64,000 nt of DNA. Source: Nageia nagi. Lineage: Eukaryota > Plantae > Pinophyta. The translations under genes were made by a program, and so were the position numbers. Shown one piece after another: positions 55,001-64,000 of this stretch. The stretch is from assembly GCA_050084985.1 (NCBI GenBank), contig JBITNC010000001.1, positions 200,570,001 through 200,634,000 on the forward strand. Direction: 5' to 3'. The notes under the pieces are model-generated. The model was not told the origin of the DNA and ran no database searches. It saw only the letters and a list, made by a program, of their open reading frames with translations. The stretch's first letter is position 1. Each line of letters starts with the position of its first letter.

Positions 55001-56600
55001 CTAGTGTATTCCACCCATCTTTCTTGAAACTCAATTAGAGCTTTATGATCCATTAACCAATCCATGCTTAAAATAATGTCATAAGAGGCTAAGGGGACCA
55101 AATACAAATCCCAAATAATAAATCACTTAGGTAATTATATTTCAACATCCCTATAACATTATCTAATAAGATACTTTTTTCTAGACCCAAACTCTACTTG
55201 CCATCCATTTGTTAAAAATTTTGGTCCCTTAAGCATGTCTTTAACTAAGGAATTTTAAATCAAACTATCTATAGCACCATAATATATCAAAACCCTAAAA
55301 TATATATCAAATATTTTACTAGGGGTTTGAAGAGTTGTGGCTTGTCCTCTAGTCTATGCTAATCTAATAGCTACAAATATATGATGTTCTTTAAACTAAT
55401 CTACCTTTAAAGGACAATAATTTGCATAGTGAGCTCCACTGCAATTCCAACGTCTATATCTAGTACCCTTTTTATTTTTTAATTTTTTTTTCTTAATTAG
55501 TCCTTTTATCTTAAAATACTTAGCTATGGTTCTTATAACCTTGGCTTCCATTCCTAGGGTTATAATTTTATTTATAGAACTATTGATTTTTCCTCTAAAA
55601 ATTCTTCTTATTATTATTTTTATTCCCAAATGGCCTTTTCTCAAACTTGGGTGGGTTACTATCCTTATAACCATGATTATTATCCTTGATATTCTTACTA
55701 CTTGAATGTTGTGCTTGATGTTCTTCACTTTTATTCTATTGGTAAATTTCCTTATCTTTTTCATCAGAAGACTATAGTGTGTAAGGGTTTTCTACATACC
55801 AAAATTTACCTAAGGTCATACACTTCTTCAAGAATTTTTTGGGCTTAATACATTCACCATGGTATTGATATTAAGGTCTAATCCAACAAGAAACCTATGA
55901 ACCTTCACATGATTCTTATGTTCAGGAATATATTTGAGTATTCAAATAAATTTTGATGATAGCTTTGGACACTCATGGATCCTTGTTACAAGATATAATA
56001 TTATTCATATTTTCTATCATAATAGATTTGGGGAATGAATCTTTTGTGAAATGCTACAAAAAAATATAGGTACTTTATATATTAGATCCCATACTTAGTA
56101 TTGTAATCATTCCACCATTCTAGTGCAATATCCTTAAAGTTGTAGTTAGCCCATACAATTTTAGTTTTTAGAGATAAGTTTTTCATTGAAAAGTATGTCT
56201 CTACTTATTCTAACCATAATTTAGTTTGGTCATCATCTTGTTTACCATTAAACTTTAGGATCTAAGATTTCTTAATATCTGAAGCAGGTTCTTGTTCAAT
56301 CCTTTCCTAAATTTGGTCATTTGTCCCTTCATGCCTTGCTTGTTCTGGAATAGATTCTTCCTATGGAGGTTTAACCTATGGATTCAATATATTATTGATT
56401 GTTTCTTATTTTTTTCCACTTTCTCTTAACCTTATTATGGTTTCTTAACCTTCATTATTTTAAGTTGAACAACTTGTAAAACTCTCATTTTCATTATTAT
56501 TAGGTGCTCTTCTATTGACATTCCTCATTATTTTGTTCCTTGTATTTTGACCCCAAATATTTCTTCTATTTTCCCTCACATTATAATTCATAGGGAGACC
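52030..56600 (-). pseudogene. Element B gag-pol (degenerate)
   Basis: Knuckle RWNCSGAHYANYCP; protease VLIYYGAIDS; [28 protein letters not shown] and VFIYNILIYS; integrase HCPPYAAH..C and MDFIIGF..ILDRDSKFT; chromodomain FVQWDKYFELSPTWEDE. Confidence 0.92.
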
Positions 56601-57850
56601 ATTCCATATACCTTATTATAGGTTTCTTGAATCTCTTATTACTTGTATTAGAATTTCCATAATCTAAGTCCACAAAATGGTATTTTCATTAGGCTCAAGC
56701 ATACTCATCTCAACTTTTTAAACTCTTATAGCAAAAGAGTCATGGAACAAAGGCCTGAGAGTTTGAATTTGATTCTCTAATACTAATGTTAAGCTACCAT
56801 TTATTTTCATGTAACATTTTTCACCTATTATTCACTTCACAAACCCTAAAATTTTATACCTTTTTTTTGTTTAGTTTAAACACTCGAATGGTCTACAAAT
56901 AGACAAGGCAATCCATATGACCATATCAATACTACTAGCTAGTCATCACTCACATGGAAAGATTTTCCAAATTTGGATTAACTAATCCTAATCATAATCC
57001 TTCTAGTGTTCACTTCTCAATGCTCATCTCATTAGAATACTCCATGTAGGTGACCTCACCATTTCTATTTATGAACTATGCAACAAACATTCTAGTCATG
57101 GCATAGTGGTTTCCTACTTGAGGTCCATATCACCCAAGAGAATACTCATCCATAATTTTATGCATCTTGTTTAATGATAAACATTCAATTCATATGTTGT
57201 AGATAAATTATCCTAGATAATTTTACATATGAAATGGGTAAGCATCATCGCCTATGGAACATTCATCACACTCCTATTTTCTAATTGTATGTAGTATGAC
57301 TACTAGTTATCTTCACTTGATAACTAAACTTTATAGACTACTATCCTCATTTGATAAATGATTGAAGATATGAGATACTAGCCTACCCATAACTATCAGA
57401 TAGGCTCACCATGAATTCTAAAATCCCCATGGCCATATCTTAAGGAGCCATGGGTATTGGAACAATACCCTTGTGTGGTTTGTATAGTATAATAACTTTT
57501 AAGTATGATTATATATAGACCATACTCAAATCTAACATTCCTAGATATAATTGATCCCAAATCAATTATTAGTTTTCTTTATATTTTTATGCTTATGTTT
57601 AATCATCAGGATGTCATTCTAATATATTTCTTTTCAATAAACCAACTATCACATTATAAAATATGTTTGATAAATAGAGAACTAATTTCATCAAATGTGT
57701 GCAAAATATTTTAAACAATCTTATTCAGGAAGTCACTAAATAATATTCAATAGTAATTTACTATAATCATCCCATATGCATGGTGTGACATACAAAATAT
57801 TACTTTAAAGGTACTTCACATGGCCAAGATTATCAATCCCTAAGATATCA

Positions 57851-58923
57851 CTAAAGATAACTACTTATAACAATGAAGTGCAATGTAGAGTATTTTATAC
57901 TCAAGGAATATTCTTTTTGCATGTCATTTACTAAACAAATGTTTAACTAAGTCATTTTTATGTAATATTCCTTATCATTAGTCAATAAATAATTTCTTAT
58001 CTTACTTTAATGTAGGCTTCTTTATCAATCTTAGAATAAAGTTGAAATCTAATAATTTGTCTTCTAAGATTTTAGATAATCTAATAACCTAATGTTTTGT
58101 AATAGCTTGAGCTTAAGTATCAATGGATTTATCACCTTATTTATATCACTTCCAAGTAATCACTTTATAAACTTCATGAATGTATATTTTCAAATACAAC
58201 ATCATCATTTAATTAATGTTTATTTTCATTAGGAAATGTTCAATATTTTTGAGCCCTTAATGTCCTACCTATTCATGAAGTACAAATGATTCACATTTCA
58301 CCGTAATCTTAATAGGTTAGGAAAATATATGTAGTACTTATTACTTTTTTATCAAGTACCTAATTTCATATAAGCATATTAGATATTTTTTCCTATTGTT
58401 TAACTAATTTATCATAATCATACAAATTATTATATATTTATTTAAGAACATAACATAGGTTGGAATAAATCAAACTTGATTCTACATTATCCAAATAATT
58501 ACTTAAGGATACAAGGTTATCTTTTTGATACCTATATTATCACTTATTTACATTCATTTTCCAAGGCCTATACCTCAATGACATAATTTCATACCTTAAA
58601 TGATTGCATGATGATATTAATATACAATGGATTTGGGTAACCTTAATTATACATCATCATGTATGAGATATTTAATTACATGAGGGTTCCCTTATAATTA
58701 TCAAGGGTATTTACATCATATTATTTTCAAGATTTGGTCTAGGGGTATTCAATACATCTTTGTTCTTTTGGTGTAGTTGTTTGCTATCTTCACCTTTTAT
58801 GCTCCTCCAAGGATCTAGGGTTCATTGGCAATAGATACTAAGAAAAGCCTTTGAATATTGAGGATCAAGATAGCCCTTTTTCTTGACCAAAATGCAACTT
58901 ACTCTAAATGCATCATAATCCAT
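57851..58923 (-). pseudogene. ORF-X copy in the 5' LTR of B
   Basis: MDYDAFRVSCILVKKKGYLDPQYSKAFLSIYCQ*TLDPWRSIKGED..DNYKGTLM...NDMQKEYSLSIKYSTLHFIVISSYL*. Confidence 0.45.
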
Positions 58924-59115
58924 TTCAACAACTCAAATACCCTATTTATGGACCTCTTTTCCTTGGTCTTAGGGTAACATTACAATTTAGTCATGTTATA
59001 TATTGACTTCACATTAATCAAATACATTCCATGCCTTCCCATAATAATCAATTTCTAATATGATATCTAATTATAATCGATTATAGTATCTATTTTGAAT
59101 TAAACTAAACAAGAA

Positions 59116-59181
<66 letters not shown>

Positions 59182-59239
59182 TAACTCTCCATTCCTTTTC
59201 TTTATTTTATTGAATGTAAAAATTTAAATGAAAGAAATA

Positions 59240-60740
59240 TTTTTAGGACGATTTTGATGAGAAGGCCTACTAACTATTTGTCAAAATGCCTTATAGAGAT
59301 GCACACAAATAGATACATTGAAATAGCCCTACAAATTATTTGAAAAAATGCCTCACTAAAAATATTTTCATAGGTACCATAAAGACCATATAATATGTAA
59401 ATAAAAACCTACAAATGGCTTGGAATGATCTATGAATTATTTAACAAAATGCCTCACCATATGCAATGCAATGATAGCACCTTATCAACAAGAACAAATC
59501 AAATTTTTTGAAGGTATTTATGAATTATTTTTCAAAATGTCTCATTGAGATGAACACAAATGGATACCCTAAAAGATCCTAGAATTTAAAATGCCTCCTC
59601 AAAATGAAATCTTATGATTTGTAATGCATACCAACAGATACATTAGAAGGACCTATAAATAATTTAACAAAAAATCTCATCAATAGCAACCTCATGGTCC
59701 ACAATGATCACATTATATGTACTCAAATTGATATGTTGGGAGAACATGCATATTTTTTGGCAAAATATCTAATTAGAATATAGGATATTCAAAAAAAGTT
59801 AAGTGAAAATGATATTCTTATAAAAATGGAAGATAAGCATACATGACTACATAGGAGGCCTCTTGATATTTTTTTTTAACACCTCATTGAGATATAAAGA
59901 TATGTTTGCTATTATGCACCACAAATATGTTGGAAGGATCTATGATTAGGTTGATCAAATTGCCTAGTCAAAATATCACCTTAAGGTTCACAATGGTCAT
60001 TGATGTGTCTAAATGGATATGTGGGAAGGTCTATGAGTGGTTTAATAAAATGCTTCATCTAAGTGTAGTATCAAGGCCAAAATGGTACATAAGGGATATG
60101 TTAAAAGGATCTAAAAATGGTTAGACATAATGCTGCATTGTAATATGATCTCATGGACCTCATAGACAAGCACAAATAGATATATAGGAAAGGCCTATGA
60201 ATGGTTGAAAAAATGCTTCGTTGTAACATGATACCAAGGTTAGATATGGTGTATATGAAAGAATATGTGGATGAAATCTACAACTAATTTGATATAATGC
60301 ACCATAAAAGGTAGTCTCATGAGTGTGATAAGCACAAAATATGAACAAAATAGATATGTTGGGAGGACCAATAGCTTGTTTGATAAATTTACTCATTCTC
60401 ATGCAACCTTGAGGGCACAATAAATAAAACATGGATGCATGGAAAGACTTGTGAATGCTAAAGACAATATATTTCATCCTTAAGAGTCACAAATATACCT
60501 AAAATGAATACAATATATGGATCTATAAAAAAATACCTCTTCAAAATAGTATTTTACCATGGTAAAGTTCTAAATGCAAGGTGGGTGTTAACATATGGCC
60601 CAATATAATTTATTTGTTTTTCCTCAAGTACTATTTAAAAACAAAATGGGTTCATGTATATTCACAAGAACATGGATTTAATTTGTCCCATCCTTTAAGG
60701 TATCAAATAATTGCTAATAATATGCTTCCTCAAGGTAAAA
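59240..60740 (+). pseudogene. PPR-derived repeat array in the 5' LTR of B
   Basis: YELFNKMPH; ATSWSTMIT; KWICGKVYEWFNKMLH (ORF 59906); NMISWT. Confidence 0.75.
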
Positions 60741-61958
60741 TTAATGTAGAGATAAATAACTCAATTAGTATTATAACAAAATTTTAAACAAGCATATCTC
60801 CTTCAAACATGATAAAATAATATCAAATAAAATTCAAAAATTATCTAAGCATTTGGAATTAAAATCTAAAATGCTAGAAAAAATACCTGGACTTAAGAGG
60901 AGGAAGATTCTTTCCTTCACATCCTACTAGACCAATATTGGGAGAAAAAGAGAGATCTTTTCCAATGGTCACTCACCTAGGTATTTATTGCCAAATTTTT
61001 TATAATATATCCAAGAAATGTATCTATTTTTCCAACTCCTATATTTTTTTTGTGGGATGGAGATTTTTTTGTGTGGTAGGACTTAGGTAATTTTGTTTGT
61101 AAGTATGATATCCTACAAAATAATTTGAATACTTCATATTAGGCTATAAAATATTTCCAATAATTTCATACACCTATCATAAGAAAGCAAGTTGTGTAGG
61201 GATGACTTCTATATTATTTTTGTAAAACCACAAAATAACTTTGCAACCTTTATAAAATGACACCTAATCCTTTTAACCTTAAATTTTTATTTTCACCTAA
61301 ATTTACTAAAGTTCCTTGGTGAAAATTTAACTTCAAATAGTTGGAATATTCCTTGCATCATTCAAAAATGGTAAATTGATTTTCTAATCAAATTGTAAAA
61401 TACATATCATATTTTTAACACTCATATTTACTTATGATGACCCCTCATCCTATAAGATAAATTTGTTAGTACACATACACACATAAGCACTAGATATAAT
61501 ATCAAAATTGAATATTATATACAATAATTATGATTTGCATCTATATGATCTATGAATATCCTTATGGCTCTTAGTGAATCAACACAAATCATTTTCTCAA
61601 TTTAACTAATCTATTCTCATAACTTACCTATCCTTGGTTTCTTAGGTCTCTAACTTGACTCCCTCCCTAATTCAATTTGTAATGTATGTCACAAAAGTAT
61701 CGAAGCCAACATCAAGTTGAAAAAAATAATGCATATATCCATTCATAGTTAATCATATCATAATATAAATAATCTTAATCACTTTCAAATTCTAAAAAGA
61801 ATTCAAATTAGAACAAGTTCAAATTGGGTAGGTTGTTATATGATGAAGCCAATCTCTTATGAATACTATGTGAAATCATCCCACTAGGCATGCTAGAAAT
61901 AGACTATTGATCCAAAAAATGAAATTTGGCTCTATCTTGCAAATAGTGTCAAGGTGTC

Positions 61959-62670
61959 TATAGATTACTAAATAAGATTTATTATTTATTTAATAAATCA
62001 TATTTAGACTTCATAAATGATTTATCACAATATTACAAATATCAATATAAAGTTGGTATTATAATATGCTAGGTCCAATGCAATATCATATGCTATGGTT
62101 CATATTTCAATTTATCTTGATTACAAGAAAGTTTTATATTATTGCTAGAGGTAGATATTCACTCCTTTTCATTTCTTTATAGGCTATATATGCAAGTGGA
62201 ATAGGTTTACCTCCATAGATCAAAACTCTTTGGTATGACAAGATCTCTGATAGGTGGTTATCTCTCATAATCTTTAGTAATAAATGATGTCTTTAGATTC
62301 CACCTATTATGAGAAATTGTTATACTATGAGCTCTAAAACTTTCTATCTTTTACAAACTCCATAATTATTCATATTCAAAACTATTAACCACATGCATCT
62401 TAAGGATCAAGGGTTTCAAATTTTGGTTGCAGAGGCTATATATCTAATTATATGAAGATATATATTGCAAGCTCACCTCTAATTTGATCCTAATCCTCTA
62501 AAGATCCATTGCCATTTACTTTTGAGGATTACACATACACTTCATATTAGGTGCATGCTTTTCGTGTATTATTATCATATCTGATGTAGTGTACATATCT
62601 AGCTCTTCTTATATTATAAATTATTATATTTATTATGTATATTTTCATTTTACATAATTCATGGTATACA
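61959..62670 (+). mobile_element. Solo LTR of the element-C family, opposite orientation to C
   Basis: Reverse complement of 23451-24178; ends ggtataca; flanks GTGTC/ATATC, consistent with a TSD carrying G>A changes. Confidence 0.75.
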
Positions 62671-62809
62671 ATATCCAATACATCTATATTTAGGAGCCAA
62701 TCATACTTGGATGAATAAATTTTCATTTGATTCAAAAAACTAAAGGACCATAATTTGTAGAAAAAATTATGATAAATCAAGGATAAATGTTCATTACATA
62801 ATTGCTCCT

Positions 62810-64000
62810 CTCTTAAGTGGTTCTTGTTTTAGAAATTTAAAACCCTAAAGATTAGTATCTCATAAAAACCTTTAGACACATCCCTCTTATAGAGAGATGA
62901 ATAACATATTAAGCTTTTGATGGTATAGTTTTATATAGGCCAATCCTATGTTTGATACTTAGCCAAATATATTGGACCTTTTCCATATAAAATAATTAAA
63001 TTTAGATAGGATTCCATCTCTCATAGATAAGATGATATTTCCCATTAATTGCAGCTATTAGAATTGAGAATCATGAGGTTTACTTCCCACAGACAGAGAT
63101 TTAGACCCTTTAAAAGACTCATCATAAATAGAAGAGATAATAAGATTTTAAATTCCATGTTTTAGTTTTATCAGGATAGTTCCTTATCCATCATGAAAAA
63201 TGTCAAATAAAAAGAAAAGGGATAGATATTTTGAAAGAGATAAAAAGGATTAGAGTACAAGAAAGAAAGGGAAATGATATTGCTTGAGTCCAACTAGGGC
63301 TTATAATAATTCTATCATAACCTAAAGGAAGAATCCCTATCTCATAGAAATACCTATAATGTGGCATGTATATTTGGTAGCAAGAGAGAAGAGGATATAG
63401 TCATGGATATTTCATTCATCATACCATGGAGAAAATAAAATATATAAATAGACCATTTTAGCCTTCCAAAGACTCTATAAAAAACAAATATACAAGTGGC
63501 ACCATACTCAGTTTGGGTTGAAAAAATAGATATTTTATTACTTAGATGCAAATTTCAAAAGATCCAATCTCATATTTTACATCAATTTGATCTATATATA
63601 TAGATTTAGATTTGAAAATATCTACCAACAATATTAAGAATTTAAAGAAAATCTATAAAATATAGCATGTATGCAACTAACTAATAAAATTATGAAATTC
63701 ATAACATATCTAAGCTATAGCTTGAATTACATAGCTATAACTTCCTAAATTTATGCTAATGATATTTGTATTTTATATTTAGTTCCCAAATGTAGCTAGG
63801 AAATATTGTTTTCATAAGATTGGATAAGTGTCAGAAGCTTTGCTTAAAATAATTATATTGCTTATATAATCTTGTTGGACTTAGACAATATAAAAAAGAC
63901 TATCATTATTTAGACCAATAGGATATGGTTATTGAATTTAGTGGATGTTAGTGAACTAGATTAGGATATATAAGAATAAGTCATAGTAGATTTCATTAGG
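62810..64000 (-). repeat. Family G retroelement fragment, copy 2 (runs off the window)
   Basis: Direct repeat of 43130-44350, lacking the long (TA)n. Confidence 0.65.

Larger units (their letters stand above)
46582..61840 (-). mobile_element. Element B: full-length Ty3/Gypsy chromovirus with giant LTRs
   Basis: LTRs 46582-51959 and 56787-61840. TSD TCATG/TGATG. Decayed Met PBS ttctctaatacta at 56773-56785. PPT complement tactacccccttaaaagg at 51960+. Domain order gag-PR-RT-RH-INT-chromodomain. Confidence 0.92.
56787..61840 (-). repeat. 5' LTR of element B (5054 bp)
   Basis: Colinear with 46582-51959; carries a (CT)n(TA)n expansion at 59116-59177. Confidence 0.9.

Noticed and set aside
55396-55764. 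122-aa basic ORF as a separate gene
   Set aside because: Mostly an out-of-frame reading of element B gag, ending in the gag zinc knuckle.
60160-60477. 105-aa minus ORF, also partly open at 50365-50601
   Set aside because: Antisense shadow of the PPR-derived sequence; the frame is not preserved between the two LTRs.
43130-64000. 43130-44350 and 62810-64000 as the two LTRs of one element
   Set aside because: Both copies appear to include leader/gag-side sequence on the same side, so they look like two separate family members; no TSD or PPT could be established.

Overview
AT-rich (~70%), strongly CpG-depleted plant intergenic DNA, most likely from a conifer or other gymnosperm. This is inferred from conifer-type PLS-PPR motifs and a Penelope-like 'Dryad' GIY-YIG fragment. 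I see no intact host gene; nearly the whole window is nested, degenerate retroelements, and most boundaries are supported by target-site duplications (TSDs). (A) An internally deleted chromovirus at 141-13623 (-), TSD CTCTC, whose 3' LTR is split by a ~6.4 kb solo LTR (1348-7708). (E>D>C) A three-level nest of Tat/Ogre-like elements with gag but little or no pol: E 14915-37024, D 19184-35991, C 23451-31899. D and C have tRNA-Trp-like primer binding sites and each carries an antisense, apparently intron-containing Plant Mobile Domain (PMD/MAIN-like) gene. A Penelope/Dryad fragment with a decayed hammerhead-like core sits at E's 5' end. (B) A full-length chromovirus at 46582-61840 (-) with giant 5.1-5.4 kb LTRs. 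The most unusual observation is shared by B's two LTRs and the related solo LTR. Each carries decayed PPR-gene sequence, antisense to the element, at the same LTR position and apparently inside an intron. It is followed by a ~350-430 codon unknown ORF whose ends look conserved at protein level. All alignments and translations were done by eye, so coordinates of degenerate features are approximate.
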